Source of the DNA: a virus
Taxonomy: Duplodnaviria > Caudoviricetes
Virus record (IMG/VR): IMGVR_UViG_3300031992_000053
Coordinates: 1-64,000 of that record
DNA: 64,000 bases
Direction: 5' to 3' (one strand)
The notes under the pieces were generated by a model. That model was not told the DNA's origin. It saw only the letters and a program-made list of their open reading frames with translations, and ran no database searches. Shown here piece by piece: positions 1 through 11,357 of the stretch (positions within the stretch are counted from its first letter, which is position 1; each line of letters opens with the position of its first letter). A program made the translations under genes and the position numbers.

Positions 1-2463
1 GGAAGTAATATAGCCAATTTCCATTTGGAAAGTGGTATAACTGAACTTTGGGATTGTAGTGCAGCAAGTGTTACTAGTTGCACTGATTGCGAAGAGTATT
101 TTGGTCGTGGTGGTGATAGAATATATGAAAAAATGAAAGCTTGGTATAACCAAGTTCAAAGAAACATTCTTACGTCTATAAGTAATTCTTGCTCGATGCC
201 TACTATCATTTTACCAACTGAGCTACAGTTATCTATTGATGATATGGGAGAATTTAGTATATTTTCTACAGACTATGAGCTTGGAAAAGACTATAGGGTT
301 GCACATTATGGAGATAGCGCAAATACACATAGCGGAACTGTGGTAACTATGGATGGTAACTCTATGTATCTTAGTGGGGATAGTTTAGGATTCAGTTTTA
401 ATCCTGAATATATGGATAAATATGCTTCATCATGTATGACTTGTGGATATGAAGGTGTATTTTCCGAAATTTGTCCTAAATGCGGTGGAAGAAACATAAA
501 ACATGGTGCATGGGTTTCTTATACTGAAAAATATATTAATGATAACAAAGATGAGTTCTTCACGAATGTAACATATTATACTTATGATGAAAACAATGTA
601 AAGCATACAGGAACTGGTTCAATAGATAATGCCAAAAATGAGATAAAGAAAAAACTTACAAAAATTTATCCATTAACAACGTGTGAAAATGGTTGGATTT
701 TAATTGATGGCGTGTTATATGAAATAAAGGAGGCTGAATTCGGAAAATATGACCAAAACAATATATATTTGAAGGATAACACTTATTTGGTTTTTAGAGA
801 AGATGTAACTGATACGCCATATACATTTGTAAACGGAAAGAAAATATTTGCTGATTTCTACCCTGCAAAAGATAATGGGGTGTTCTACTTTCCATTCTTT
901 CTATCTGAGGATGCTAGTTTTGTAGAAAAATGTAGTGGAAAGCTTTTCAATATTGAAAACTATATGCAATTTGAAAGGTATAAAAGGTCAAAACAGATTT
1001 ATTACATAGAATATCATGGAAAAGTATATAATTTAGGCAATGTAATTCAAGATTCTTACGAAATTGATGGAAACGAATATTATAAAGTAAATGGATATAC
1101 TGTTGATGAATATGGATATACTTTGTATTGTATAAATGGTGATGTGAAGTTTTATAATGACGAGTCTGTTATCGGTGGTTTAGAGGACTATGCATTAGAA
1201 GGTTATGGAACCCCAAGTTGTATGGTTGAGGACAATAATAATATAATAAAAATAGAGCCAATACTAGATGATGAACACAGTATATTCACAATATATAGTG
1301 TTGATGAAATAACAGGTAAAACTGTGTCTAAACTTTCAGATATTAGATTATATAATGTATTGACAGATGACATTGGTAACACCATTGAAGGTATATATGA
1401 TGTAAGGACTGTTGGTACTAGTGGCGCAACTGCTCATCAACCACCGCAAGGAACTGAGCTAGAATTAATTTATCAAGTAGGAAATACGGCTAATATACAA
1501 AGATTCAGTCAAACAAGTGACGATATGGATGGGGTTATAACCGCCAAGGCAAAAAATAAACAGAGCGATTTTAGAAACTATTTTGTTGGTGATATTATTA
1601 CAAAAATGACATTCTATTATAAAGACTATGAAGGTAATATCGTTAATGATACAGTAAGATATGTTGAGTTGGGTAGTGATGATGTTAAATATATATATAA
1701 CTATAATAGTTCTGAAAAATATAGCATACCTTCAGGTTACACATCTTTAAAGGCAATTCAATTGGCAACTGAAGTTAAAGACACATTAGAAGAAAGTGGT
1801 AAAACCAAATACATGTATGATGATATATACTGTGACATTACATACTATGTTGGTGCTACATTATCTAGAAAAGAAGGTAAAGAATATAATTTAGCATCAA
1901 AAGCTAGAGATGATAAACACAAAACAAGTAAAGATGTTTCTGATGAGCAATATCACTATTATAGTAACTACGGAGTAGAATACACAGAAACAGTAAGGTT
2001 TGTCAAAACAAACTGGGAGTATTACCTCAAAAAGCCAAAAGATGAGGATTCAATATTACCGTCAAAAAGAAAAAAACCATGTAATCACAGTGTAAGTTAT
2101 CCAATTTATGTTTACGTTCTTACACAAGACCTAACAAGGGTTGATGAGTCACAATATAAGACTGAATATTCAGTGCCTATAGCAGATTTTAAATTTGAAA
2201 TCAATATATTCAGTGGCAATGGTGATACATTTGGAGAGAAGTATCTAGAGGAAATGGCAACACACAATAATTCACAAGTATTCCCAACATATAGGGAGGA
2301 ATATAGATTTGGTGTTTCTAGCATAGAAAATGTGGACTCAGATATTTATATAGACAGAGGAATAAATGCTGCTTTTGAGAAGCATTTAAAGCTTGGTGAA
2401 GTTACAAGCCTAGAGGCTTTGGAACAATATGGTTTAAATTTTTTTAAAATAATGGAAAGTTGA
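1..2463 (+). CDS. large putative virion structural protein, 5'-truncated by window edge
   Basis: Frame is open from base 1 (the track's TTG at 25 is probably internal). Acidic and Tyr-rich, first of a co-oriented structural-looking cluster. Confidence 0.55.
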   Translation, partial: GSNIANFHLESGITELWDCSAASVTSCTDCEEYFGRGGDRIYEKMKAWYNQVQRNILTSISNSCSMPTIILPTELQLSIDDMGEFSIFSTDYELGKDYRVAHYGDSANTHSGTVVTMDGNSMYLSGDSLGFSFNPEYMDKYASSCMTCGYEGVFSEICPKCGGRNIKHGAWVSYTEKYINDNKDEFFTNVTYYTYDENNVKHTGTGSIDNAKNEIKKKLTKIYPLTTCENGWILIDGVLYEIKEAEFGKYDQNNIYLKDNTYLVFREDVTDTPYTFVNGKKIFADFYPAKDNGVFYFPFFLSEDASFVEKCSGKLFNIENYMQFERYKRSKQIYYIEYHGKVYNLGNVIQDSYEIDGNEYYKVNGYTVDEYGYTLYCINGDVKFYNDESVIGGLEDYALEGYGTPSCMVEDNNNIIKIEPILDDEHSIFTIYSVDEITGKTVSKLSDIRLYNVLTDDIGNTIEGIYDVRTVGTSGATAHQPPQGTELELIYQVGNTANIQRFSQTSDDMDGVITAKAKNKQSDFRNYFVGDIITKMTFYYKDYEGNIVNDTVRYVELGSDDVKYIYNYNSSEKYSIPSGYTSLKAIQLATEVKDTLEESGKTKYMYDDIYCDITYYVGATLSRKEGKEYNLASKARDDKHKTSKDVSDEQYHYYSNYGVEYTETVRFVKTNWEYYLKKPKDEDSILPSKRKKPCNHSVSYPIYVYVLTQDLTRVDESQYKTEYSVPIADFKFEINIFSGNGDTFGEKYLEEMATHNNSQVFPTYREEYRFGVSSIENVDSDIYIDRGINAAFEKHLKLGEVTSLEALEQYGLNFFKIMES

Positions 2464-2498
2464 GGAAAATAATAAATTAAATAATAAAACAAAATATT

Positions 2499-3419
2499 AT
2501 GAGTATCGGAGCATATGGCACTGTAATTCCTATCCATATAGCTAATGTCGATATACCTAATTTGGTGGATATTTCTTTTGTATATCATGAGACAAGAAGC
2601 TATGATTCTCTTTCAAGCGGTAAATTTAAACACTTAGATTCAAGTATTTTAACTCAAGCAAAAAGAGAACAAGAAGATACTGATGTAGATGAATATATTG
2701 AGGGTATGTACAACCTTCAATTGCCTCTTGGTGAGTTTAATAAGAAAGGGTTCTATACGGTTTTTATTAAGCCAAAAGAAATTGAGGCTATTATTACTGA
2801 TGTTGGTAATCTAACGGCATTTCCTAATGTTAGGGGGTTGGTATTAGATACAACACAAATACAAAATGCAAGTATTAGTACAAAGGCTAGAAAAAACAAT
2901 GAACTTGTTGGATATAGGGTGATTTATTTAGATGAGAATGGTAATAGAGAAAACTATTACAGAATTATTACATCTAATAACAAATGCGAGCCAGTAGTTC
3001 AAGCGCCAAATAGCTCTAGCGACAAGTCATATACATATCGTTATGAGGATAGTTCTAGCTTGATATTTGTTACCGTATCACCTTCATCAGCACCAACATT
3101 CAAGGAGAATGCTCTTCCATATATAGGCAAACCAACTCAGAAGATATTGTTGGTAAACACTTTCTTTGAGCCTATACAACTTGACATTGAACTTACAACA
3201 CATGATGCTGATACAATCAGCTACATGCTAGAGAATAGCCAGTTGAGAGATTTGGACAATGGTCTTGTTACAACATTTAACAACGAGAACGAGATTTATC
3301 ATCAAGCAGAGCACTTTACGCTTAAAGACCAATACACTGGTAATCCAGTTTATGAGGTTAAACAGAATAAGAAAAACAGTATTGATTTCAGTCAAACAAT
3401 TAATGACAAAATAGAATAA
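2499..3419 (+). CDS. putative virion structural protein
   Basis: 306-aa ORF tightly packed between two large structural-type genes, beta-rich composition. Confidence 0.5.
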   Translation: MSIGAYGTVIPIHIANVDIPNLVDISFVYHETRSYDSLSSGKFKHLDSSILTQAKREQEDTDVDEYIEGMYNLQLPLGEFNKKGFYTVFIKPKEIEAIITDVGNLTAFPNVRGLVLDTTQIQNASISTKARKNNELVGYRVIYLDENGNRENYYRIITSNNKCEPVVQAPNSSSDKSYTYRYEDSSSLIFVTVSPSSAPTFKENALPYIGKPTQKILLVNTFFEPIQLDIELTTHDADTISYMLENSQLRDLDNGLVTTFNNENEIYHQAEHFTLKDQYTGNPVYEVKQNKKNSIDFSQTINDKIE

Positions 3420-3425
3420 AAGAAC

Positions 3426-6400
3426 ATGGCTTTTATAAAATCACATTCAAATTATGTTCTGAAAAAGAATCATCAGACTATTTCAGACGGTACAATATGG
3501 GAACGTGACATTACCACTATTGGAGGTGTCAACCAGTTCTCACCTAGTCAAGTTCCAATATACAAGAGTGGTAATTTTATCATCACAGTAAGAAATGATG
3601 GTAAAGTTGCTAACCAGTATAATAAGACAAAATGGAAGGAAAACGAAAGTGGTGATACTTGGACTCTTGAGACAATTAGTGGTATGACTAGCGAGTTTGA
3701 AGACCAGAATGATGTTAAAATAGTACTAAAGCAAGATTATTATGATTTTTGTGATTTCGTATATTATGGTTCTTTGACTGAAATGTTCCGTGCATCAATC
3801 AATGACGTATTGACTAGATTTCCAGGGGAGCTATATGTTGCATATGAATTAGATGAATCTAATAACAAAACGCCAATAAATGCATATTATACTAGTGGTG
3901 TTACGTCAGACTTTGAAAAAGTTGAGGAAAGTGTAATACTTGGAGGTAATGATTATACAATTGTATCGAATCCATTTGGAATTGATATACACTCTTTGAA
4001 AAAGCCAACTGACGCAAAGGCATTGAAATATTTTGCTGAAGACGGATTTAAAAACTATGAAATAATTGATGGGGATAATGAAAATGGTATACCAATTACT
4101 TCTTGGGAAAGTACTCCTACAGAAGAAAAATTCTGCCCTGGTAAAAAGGTTGCAAATATTAAGATAAATGATAGTATTGAAATAGAAGCTTGGGTTGGTG
4201 ATGGAAATGAGGTTATATACCTATCTAAAAATAAAAGCTCATTTGGAAAACACATAAGACCATCACAAAGCGTTTTATCTGAATTCTATAATGAATGTGA
4301 CAATTTTGAAAAGTTAATTTTAAACAGAAACACAACTCCTAAATATAAGTCAGTATTTTCAGTTATACATGATAATGAAAGGGGTTATTATAGAGAAATG
4401 GAAGAGTTTATCTTCCCTACGTCTTATGGTGGATATAATATAGACGCTACTTCATTTGGATTCAATGATTACACTAGTAGGTTAGCTGAAATAGGTGCTT
4501 ATTACGATGAATATTTCACGGATAACCTATATAGGTCAATGACGCATGAAGCGATTAAAAACTTTGACTGGACATATACTCGTGAATTTACTTATGGGGA
4601 TGAAGAAGAATTTGTTCATGGCGGTGAGAAAATGCAGAAAGCACTGAGGGTTTTTGCTAGAGAGTTTGATGAAATCTTATCGTATATAAACAACATTAAA
4701 AATAATGATAGGGTAACATATGATGAAAGAAGCAACATACCTAATTATTTCTTAATTGATGAGGTTGAAAATGATGGTTGGGACGTGTGTCTAATATATC
4801 CTTATGACCTTAAGGAGTTTGAAGTTGACGAATATGGAAATTATAAGAAAGATGAAGATGGTAATAAGATTGTAATTTCAGACGAAAACTATAATGAGCA
4901 ATTTCAATTAAGCGGTGATTCAAGCACTAAATTTATTAGACAATTTACACAAAACGCTAAGACCGAAGTTTACCCATACAGAAAAGCATTATTAGGTTAT
5001 CCTGAAGGATATTTTATAACTTGTTGTAGTGGTAGTGGTAAGGTTCAAACTTGTCAGTATAGTGGGTCTCCATATTATTTCGTGTCTGCTGAAGGAATTG
5101 GAAATACATATGTTGACCCATGTAGCAAAGGAACATCTAGTATTAAAAACAGAATTAAATCATATTCTAATGAAAAGTCATATACATATCTAGATGCTAA
5201 TAATGAGTTTATGCGTAGAATGGCAATTAATTCTCCATATATCTGGCGTCATAAAGGTACAGTTGAAGGTATTGAAATGATTTTAGGCATGTTTGGCTTA
5301 CGTAGCAAAAAATGGGTTGATAGTATGCCTAAATATAGGAAAGATTGTGAAGGACTAGAACCAGACTATGAGATAACGGAATATTCGTCTTTCACAGGAC
5401 GTATTGAAGAGAAATGGGATGCAATACATCAGATGTATCGCATTGATTGGATTAATTCTACAAAATCAATAGTATATGATTATAGGTCAACATCTAACTA
5501 TACAAAGTATGGGGCACAACCAAATTATATATCATATCAAGGATTACCAGTATCTTATAGATATGAGTATTTGTCAGCAACTGCACCTTATATAAAAGTT
5601 GACAAGTTAACAACATGCGAACCGCAACAAGTAACAAGTGATTATAATGAAGCTTTTAGAGTTGCTGAGACAAATGAGGTGGTATTAAGAAGATATTTAT
5701 ATCCTAACTTTAATAAAGACGAACAGTTAGACGGAAACCCTTATTTCCAAATGGATGGCGGTTGGTTAGCTAAAACTGTAGAACATAGTGGTGGAACTAG
5801 ATATAATTTCCAATTTGATGTAAATGATAATATTGCATATACATGCTATGAGGAAAGTGGTAAAACTGAAGATGATGGTTCATTGATTGACAACCACCCA
5901 ATATACAAGGAAACTGTTAGAAATATTAAAAGGGTAGATAATGTTGCTGAACTAGTATCGACCCCTATGGAAAATCTTAAATATGGAGAAATATATTATG
6001 TTTCGTATATTGAAAAAGATGTCGCATTGATTAATGGTAAAGTATATCCAATTAAATATGAATATAGCGGAGATAATGGCAAGCCATCTAGATATATTTT
6101 ATTTACTAAAAACGATGAGTATATAAAAGTTGGTGATGATTTATTCTTTACAGATAATATATTTGTATATGATAAAAATGGAGATAGTGGTTCAACAAGT
6201 CTATCAGATAAACCAAGCGGATTTGAGGTGAAAGCGTATATCAAAAAAGATGAAGAAACTAATAAAGACTTGTTTATGTGTCAAAGTGATGCCGATGGAT
6301 ACTATACAATAGATACTTTCTGTATATTGGACGATGCTTTACCATCTGAAGGATTAACCAATTACTTTATTATTGATAATCCTTATTATTCTGACAAAAT

Positions 6401-7226
6401 TGCAAATGTAAATGATAGTGAGGATTCAGATAATAATGGATGGAGGGCATTAAAGGAGACTGACCCTGAATATATCAAGGTAAACACCATAAAAAATTAT
6501 TATGAAGGAAATAACCCTCATAATGGTAATATGAATTATGATAGTGGGCATGAATATTTCACTTATTTCAAGAGATTATTCAAAAATCCAATTGACGAAA
6601 GTCTATTTGATGAAAGGTGTTATGAAAGTTTCTTCGTAGACTTAGATAATGAAATACAGAATATTGGATTTAGTCATTTAATCGAGGATAACGAACTAAT
6701 AAGACAATATACTCCATTTATTTCTGCTGACACCAAGGTACATTATTTTGGAAGTTATTATAAGAGAACGGATACAGAAAAATCATCTGCTAAAAAATCA
6801 GATTGTAGCGATGGGGAGGTTAAATTCTATGATACCACAAAATGTACTGATGTCAAATTTTATGGTGAAGATAGAGAAAAAATAGAAGAACTTGATAAAA
6901 TGTATAAGTTCTTAGATAATGATATTTCAGTTGATAGTTATATACTTTCAGATGAAGAAAAAATTTTAGGTAAGCAATATCCTTACAGTGGAATGACTGA
7001 AGTTGAATATAAATGTGGAGATAAAACATATTCAGTTCTAGTAGATGAGGTTACAAACCAAATAATGAATAACAAAAGGTTAACAATTAAGTTTAATTTA
7101 CACGAAGCATGGTATTCTGAGAAAGGTCAATGTGAACTCAAGTATCTAGACGATATTGTTATGAATTACCTAACACAAATGATTCCTTCTACAGCAATTG
7201 TAGATATTCAATATGTTTCAAAATAA
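3426..7226 (+). CDS. putative baseplate wedge / tail structural protein
   Basis: 1266 aa. Contains IWRHKGTVEGIEMILGMFG, resembling the KGT motif of P2 gpI / T4 gp7-like wedge proteins, and ends YLTQMIPSTAIV. Confidence 0.6.
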   Translation: MAFIKSHSNYVLKKNHQTISDGTIWERDITTIGGVNQFSPSQVPIYKSGNFIITVRNDGKVANQYNKTKWKENESGDTWTLETISGMTSEFEDQNDVKIVLKQDYYDFCDFVYYGSLTEMFRASINDVLTRFPGELYVAYELDESNNKTPINAYYTSGVTSDFEKVEESVILGGNDYTIVSNPFGIDIHSLKKPTDAKALKYFAEDGFKNYEIIDGDNENGIPITSWESTPTEEKFCPGKKVANIKINDSIEIEAWVGDGNEVIYLSKNKSSFGKHIRPSQSVLSEFYNECDNFEKLILNRNTTPKYKSVFSVIHDNERGYYREMEEFIFPTSYGGYNIDATSFGFNDYTSRLAEIGAYYDEYFTDNLYRSMTHEAIKNFDWTYTREFTYGDEEEFVHGGEKMQKALRVFAREFDEILSYINNIKNNDRVTYDERSNIPNYFLIDEVENDGWDVCLIYPYDLKEFEVDEYGNYKKDEDGNKIVISDENYNEQFQLSGDSSTKFIRQFTQNAKTEVYPYRKALLGYPEGYFITCCSGSGKVQTCQYSGSPYYFVSAEGIGNTYVDPCSKGTSSIKNRIKSYSNEKSYTYLDANNEFMRRMAINSPYIWRHKGTVEGIEMILGMFGLRSKKWVDSMPKYRKDCEGLEPDYEITEYSSFTGRIEEKWDAIHQMYRIDWINSTKSIVYDYRSTSNYTKYGAQPNYISYQGLPVSYRYEYLSATAPYIKVDKLTTCEPQQVTSDYNEAFRVAETNEVVLRRYLYPNFNKDEQLDGNPYFQMDGGWLAKTVEHSGGTRYNFQFDVNDNIAYTCYEESGKTEDDGSLIDNHPIYKETVRNIKRVDNVAELVSTPMENLKYGEIYYVSYIEKDVALINGKVYPIKYEYSGDNGKPSRYILFTKNDEYIKVGDDLFFTDNIFVYDKNGDSGSTSLSDKPSGFEVKAYIKKDEETNKDLFMCQSDADGYYTIDTFCILDDALPSEGLTNYFIIDNPYYSDKIANVNDSEDSDNNGWRALKETDPEYIKVNTIKNYYEGNNPHNGNMNYDSGHEYFTYFKRLFKNPIDESLFDERCYESFFVDLDNEIQNIGFSHLIEDNELIRQYTPFISADTKVHYFGSYYKRTDTEKSSAKKSDCSDGEVKFYDTTKCTDVKFYGEDREKIEELDKMYKFLDNDISVDSYILSDEEKILGKQYPYSGMTEVEYKCGDKTYSVLVDEVTNQIMNNKRLTIKFNLHEAWYSEKGQCELKYLDDIVMNYLTQMIPSTAIVDIQYVSK

Positions 7227-7228
7227 AA

Positions 7229-7807
7229 ATGGTTAGTATTAGTGGAACTAGAAAAACTTATGAGATAGATTTAAGTAAATCTGTTGATAATAAATATGCA
7301 TTGTCAATAGATTCCAACAAATCTATTAACATAACATATGTATCTAATAAAGATGCTATATATGCTTATGTTTTTGAAAAAAATAAAATTTTCATTGAGG
7401 TTAATAAGAAAAAGTTAACAAAAGAAGGATTAATTCTTCTTAAGGATTTGAGGAAGAATGAATATAAAATAACATTAAAACCTGATTATGAGGCATTTAG
7501 GGAGCGCAATTATATATTTAAATTAGGTAAGCATAAGATTAGTGGCAATTCTATCACGCTTAATATAACTTCAAAAGAAAATGGAAATTATGAGCCTTGG
7601 TCAGTAATTACTGACATATCACCTATTTCATATGATGTTGACAAAAAGAAAACAAAAGTAACTTTAACTATGTCAATGCTATTGGCAGCAGAGGCTAACG
7701 GTAGTGTCATATTCAGACAAGATAATAGTGGTAAGGAAATTAAAATAAAGCTTAAACATATAGATAATAATTCAGTCGAGCTTTATGAAACAAAAGAAGC
7801 TGATTAA
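7229..7807 (+). CDS. hypothetical protein (possible Ig/BACON-like C-terminus)
   Basis: 192-aa ORF starting 2 nt after the previous stop. Confidence 0.5.
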   Translation: MVSISGTRKTYEIDLSKSVDNKYALSIDSNKSINITYVSNKDAIYAYVFEKNKIFIEVNKKKLTKEGLILLKDLRKNEYKITLKPDYEAFRERNYIFKLGKHKISGNSITLNITSKENGNYEPWSVITDISPISYDVDKKKTKVTLTMSMLLAAEANGSVIFRQDNSGKEIKIKLKHIDNNSVELYETKEAD

Positions 7808-7827
7808 CATCAAAAGTTAATCAGCTT
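7797..7827. terminator. bidirectional hairpin built from the 3' ends of two convergent genes
   Basis: AAGCTGATTAAC-atcaaaa-GTTAATCAGCTT inverted repeat spanning both stop codons. Confidence 0.6.
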
Positions 7828-8628
7828 TTCTTTATCCTCATCCAAATCCTCAATAGACTCAATTTCAATGTCGTATAAGCCATATTCACTCTCAAGGTCA
7901 ATGAATTTATGAGACATATTTTCAACATCCCATACTACAAATCCGTGCTGAGATACGGTCTCCCCAAATGTTTGCTGTATCAATGACCCTGGATATACAA
8001 TTTCAATATCATTATGTTTAATTACTTGACGTTTATGAATATCCCCAGCCATGACGCAAGTGCATCCATCAAATAGACTTCCTTCTGCCCCACCGTCAAC
8101 AATAGTTCCATTGTTAAGTTTTGCGCCTACAACCATACCGTGATATAAACCGATAATTTGCTTTCCTTCTGCATTCAAGTCGGCAAAACTTGGCGGTGCA
8201 TAGCCATTATAGATTGAATATAATGCCCATACGACATTATCATCTTCAACAAAGCCGCTTTCAAAGCCTAATACAGAATCAATGAACATACAATCATCAA
8301 AATTAGCAGTATCAAACAATGCTGTAAGCGTATCCGTTCTAGACATGTTATTTACTAGTAGGTCATGATTACCAGCGACAACGATAACTTTAGCAATTTC
8401 TTCCAATTGTCTTAGAAAAAAACTACTAAACGTCATCAATTCGTTTGAAATATTATTCTTTTGGTGAACGAGGTCTCCGCATATTACAATTCTAATTTCG
8501 TCTCGTTCATAATCTTTTGCAATTTCTTTACACTTTTCCACAAAATTTGTTAATTGTTCAGCATACTCATTTAGCCTCTGAAAATTTCTTATATGTATGT
8601 CTGAACAATGGATAACACATTTAATCAT
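7810..8628 (-). CDS. metallophosphoesterase, SbcD/Mre11/T4 gp47-like nuclease
   Basis: Motifs SDIH, GDLVH, AGNHD, YHG, GDIHK, YPGS. Confidence 0.85.
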   Translation of the reverse strand: MIKCVIHCSDIHIRNFQRLNEYAEQLTNFVEKCKEIAKDYERDEIRIVICGDLVHQKNNISNELMTFSSFFLRQLEEIAKVIVVAGNHDLLVNNMSRTDTLTALFDTANFDDCMFIDSVLGFESGFVEDDNVVWALYSIYNGYAPPSFADLNAEGKQIIGLYHGMVVGAKLNNGTIVDGGAEGSLFDGCTCVMAGDIHKRQVIKHNDIEIVYPGSLIQQTFGETVSQHGFVVWDVENMSHKFIDLESEYGLYDIEIESIEDLDEDKEKLINF

Positions 8629-9017
8629 TAAAAATCCAATTCGTCTAAATCGTTATTTTCGTATTCTTTATTTAAAAAATATGTTTCATGTAATGCATGA
8701 AATTTATCTATGACTTTACTACTATGCTTGAGCCAAAAGCTATCTCCTTCTTTAGTTTTTTCCCAAAGAAAAAAATATGTATCATAAAACACATCATAAA
8801 TGGTTTTGCAAGTATATATTTGATTTATGCCGTTTTGTTCTATGGTATATTCCCAAAATATTTTGCAAAGTCCAAAATCAGATAATATTTCTGACAACTT
8901 AAAAATCCATTTATATTTGTTTGATATATCATAATATGTCGTATACAAATGGTTTTTATATAAATACTTTTCAAGTATTTTTATGCCATCTTGGTAATTT
9001 TTTTTATTTTTCATCAT
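8628..9017 (-). CDS. hypothetical protein
   Basis: ORF start moved to the ATG at 9017 because a host-type promoter occupies about 9040-9072 on the minus strand. Confidence 0.55.
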   Translation of the reverse strand: MMKNKKNYQDGIKILEKYLYKNHLYTTYYDISNKYKWIFKLSEILSDFGLCKIFWEYTIEQNGINQIYTCKTIYDVFYDTYFFLWEKTKEGDSFWLKHSSKVIDKFHALHETYFLNKEYENNDLDELDF

Positions 9018-9077
9018 TCCATAACATTTTAGGTTTTTGACAAATATATAAAAAATATTTTTTAAATGCAAACAGAA

Positions 9078-10151
9078 TTACCGTTTTCTAACTAATTTTT
9101 CTCCCCACATTGTTTTATACCATTCGTATTCATTCTCATAACACCATACAAATCCTTTAGAATGTTTTCTCCATCTTATACATACTTGTCTGATTAACTC
9201 TGGTCTAACATTATAATACTCTCCAGCTTCTTTTGCATTTTTCCATTTTTTTATAATTTCTAAATTATCGTTTAATTGTAGTATTGGTTTAGATAATTTT
9301 TCAGAAGTTTTAGCGTATTGTGATTTTGGAGGTATAATTTTTTCTTTTTTATCATAAGACCATGCAAAATTATTATATAAAGAATTTCTTTTTATTGCTA
9401 ATTTAATATAATATCTTTCGTTACTGTTAGTTTTCCCAATAGCGAATGATTCTATAAATTTTCCAGTTTTAGAGTCATATTTATACACTAGTTCATCTAG
9501 GTTATTTGCTTTCCTTTTGTTTATTTTTCTTTCTTTTTTATTATAGTTAATTATTTTTTCAGTTCCTTCTCTAAATATTTGATATTTTCCGATAAATTTT
9601 CTATTTTCTTTGTAAAGTGCATTAGAAACTACGGTTGAAGTAACATTATAAAATTCTTTAACTTCATTAATTGTTTTATGTGACCTAACATAATTTCCTT
9701 CTAAATCATAAACATTTATTTTAATTTGTTTTGGATTCAGTTTATTATATTTACGAACTTTTTCACTTATTTTTTTTAAAGTTTCTACTGTTATAGTCTT
9801 GTTTAAGCATCCTCCATTTTCAATATTTACTAGTTTTCTTTTTAGAATATTGATATAAAAAATTTCAAAATCGTCAATATTTTTTAGCGTGCATCTTTTA
9901 AGAATAAAAACATCAAAAGTTTTGTACTTGTTTATAATGTTGTCTTTATAGATGTTTCTTTTTTTAGATTTATTTTTGGATTCATAGCAGTGGCTTTGTA
10001 TTCGACTTAATAAACCGAATTTGGTATTTGTTTGACCTACGTAATATTTTCCGTTAGGAAATTTTAATAAGTATATTACGTGTGTTGAGCGTAATTCTTT
10101 ATGCTCACAATGGAATTTAACTAAAACTCCTCCATATGTTAAAGTTATCAT
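9078..10151 (-). CDS. free-standing GIY-YIG homing endonuclease with NUMOD/IENR1-like C-terminal repeats
   Basis: VIYLLKF-x4-YYVGQT, catalytic-type R and E, repeated 'V/I.Q/VYDLEG...' modules, very Lys-rich. ATATTTAT motif about 18 nt upstream. Confidence 0.8.
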   Translation of the reverse strand: MITLTYGGVLVKFHCEHKELRSTHVIYLLKFPNGKYYVGQTNTKFGLLSRIQSHCYESKNKSKKRNIYKDNIINKYKTFDVFILKRCTLKNIDDFEIFYINILKRKLVNIENGGCLNKTITVETLKKISEKVRKYNKLNPKQIKINVYDLEGNYVRSHKTINEVKEFYNVTSTVVSNALYKENRKFIGKYQIFREGTEKIINYNKKERKINKRKANNLDELVYKYDSKTGKFIESFAIGKTNSNERYYIKLAIKRNSLYNNFAWSYDKKEKIIPPKSQYAKTSEKLSKPILQLNDNLEIIKKWKNAKEAGEYYNVRPELIRQVCIRWRKHSKGFVWCYENEYEWYKTMWGEKLVRKR

Positions 10152-10229
10152 TGTTTTTGTTTTTATATATAAATATATCGTCCTTCCCAAAAAAACTTAA
10201 AATATAATATATTTATATAAAAAAATATT

Positions 10230-10874
10230 ATGGTAATTTTAATTGATAATGGTCATGGCGAAAACACATTAGGTAAACAATCGCCTATATTAAAAGATAG
10301 CGGACTGAATATTTCATCTGAATTTGTTGATAAAAATAGGTTCAAAGAATGGAAATATACTAGAGTAATATCCAATTTAGTAGTATCCAAATTAAAAAGT
10401 ATGGGCTATGATGCAAGATTAGTTGTAACTGAAGATAAAGACATTTCATTATCAGAAAGAATCAGAAGAATAAACACTATATGCAACAAAGAAGGTGCTT
10501 CAAACGTGGTATTGGTTTCTGTACACTCAAATGCAGTCGGAGATTCAACTAATTGGATGAATGGAAAAGGTTGGGAAGCTTATTCAACAGTCGGAAAAAC
10601 TAAATCAGACATTCTAGCAGAGTTTTTGTATAAAAGGGCAGAAAAAAACTTTAAAGATAGAAAAATAAGAAAAGATTTGACTGATGGCGACAAAGATAAA
10701 GAAGCAAATTTTTATATAATCAAAAAATCGTATTGTCCAGCAGTGTTGACTGAAAACTTTTTCTATGATAATAAAGATGATTTAGAATATCTTACGTCTG
10801 ATGAAGGTATTCATGCTGTAGTTAGAACTCATATAGAAGGAATTATTGATTTTATAAATTATTTGGAAAAATAA
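10230..10874 (+). CDS. N-acetylmuramoyl-L-alanine amidase (Amidase_3), probable endolysin
   Basis: ILIDNGHG, E, SLSERI, VSVHSNA, PAVLTENFF zinc-amidase motifs. Confidence 0.9.
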   Translation: MVILIDNGHGENTLGKQSPILKDSGLNISSEFVDKNRFKEWKYTRVISNLVVSKLKSMGYDARLVVTEDKDISLSERIRRINTICNKEGASNVVLVSVHSNAVGDSTNWMNGKGWEAYSTVGKTKSDILAEFLYKRAEKNFKDRKIRKDLTDGDKDKEANFYIIKKSYCPAVLTENFFYDNKDDLEYLTSDEGIHAVVRTHIEGIIDFINYLEK

Positions 10875-10894
10875 TAGTTTCTAATTAAAAATTT

Positions 10895-11068
10895 ATGTAT
10901 AGAATATATAGCGAAGAAGATATTACGTGGTCTTCTATTGAGAAGTATGTACCGTATGATAAAGTGAGGTGGTATGCTAGAAAAGATGGTATACCAGTAT
11001 ATAATTTTTTTGATAAAAACGATGAAAAGATAAATATAAGTGACTATATAGACAAAACGGTTAAATAA
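10895..11068 (+). CDS. small hypothetical protein (57 aa, below ORF-track cutoff)
   Basis: ATG..TAA ORF MYRIYSEEDITW... filling the gap after the amidase. Confidence 0.55.
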   Translation: MYRIYSEEDITWSSIEKYVPYDKVRWYARKDGIPVYNFFDKNDEKINISDYIDKTVK

Positions 11069-11072
11069 TGTT

Positions 11073-11121
11073 AAATTTGGAGTGATTTTTTGGTTACTCC
11101 AAATTTTTTTCGTATATTTGC
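11073..11121 (+). promoter_or_regulatory. Bacteroidota sigmaA-type promoter fused with terminator hairpin
   Basis: TTTG 11089-92, 20-nt spacer, TATATTTG 11113-20. Inverted repeat AAATTTGGAGTGA/TTACTCCAAATTT. Confidence 0.75.
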
Positions 11122-11141
11122 ATCAAGAAAAAAAAAATAAT

Positions 11142-11357
11142 ATGAACAAAATAACATTTAAAAATCCAATAGCACTTATTTTTGAAGGCAGAATATGTGA
11201 TTTTACCATTTACATATCTGAAATAAGAGTGCTGAAGAGTGGAAAACCATATGCCGTTTATACCAAAGATGATAAACGGTATGATTTTGAATATCTTACC
11301 GATTCTTCAAAAAAACTAGTTGAAAAAATCGTAGAAAGAAACGCAAAACACCTTTAA
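11142..11357 (+). CDS. hypothetical protein
   Basis: ATG at 11142, downstream of the promoter. Confidence 0.55.
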   Translation: MNKITFKNPIALIFEGRICDFTIYISEIRVLKSGKPYAVYTKDDKRYDFEYLTDSSKKLVEKIVERNAKHL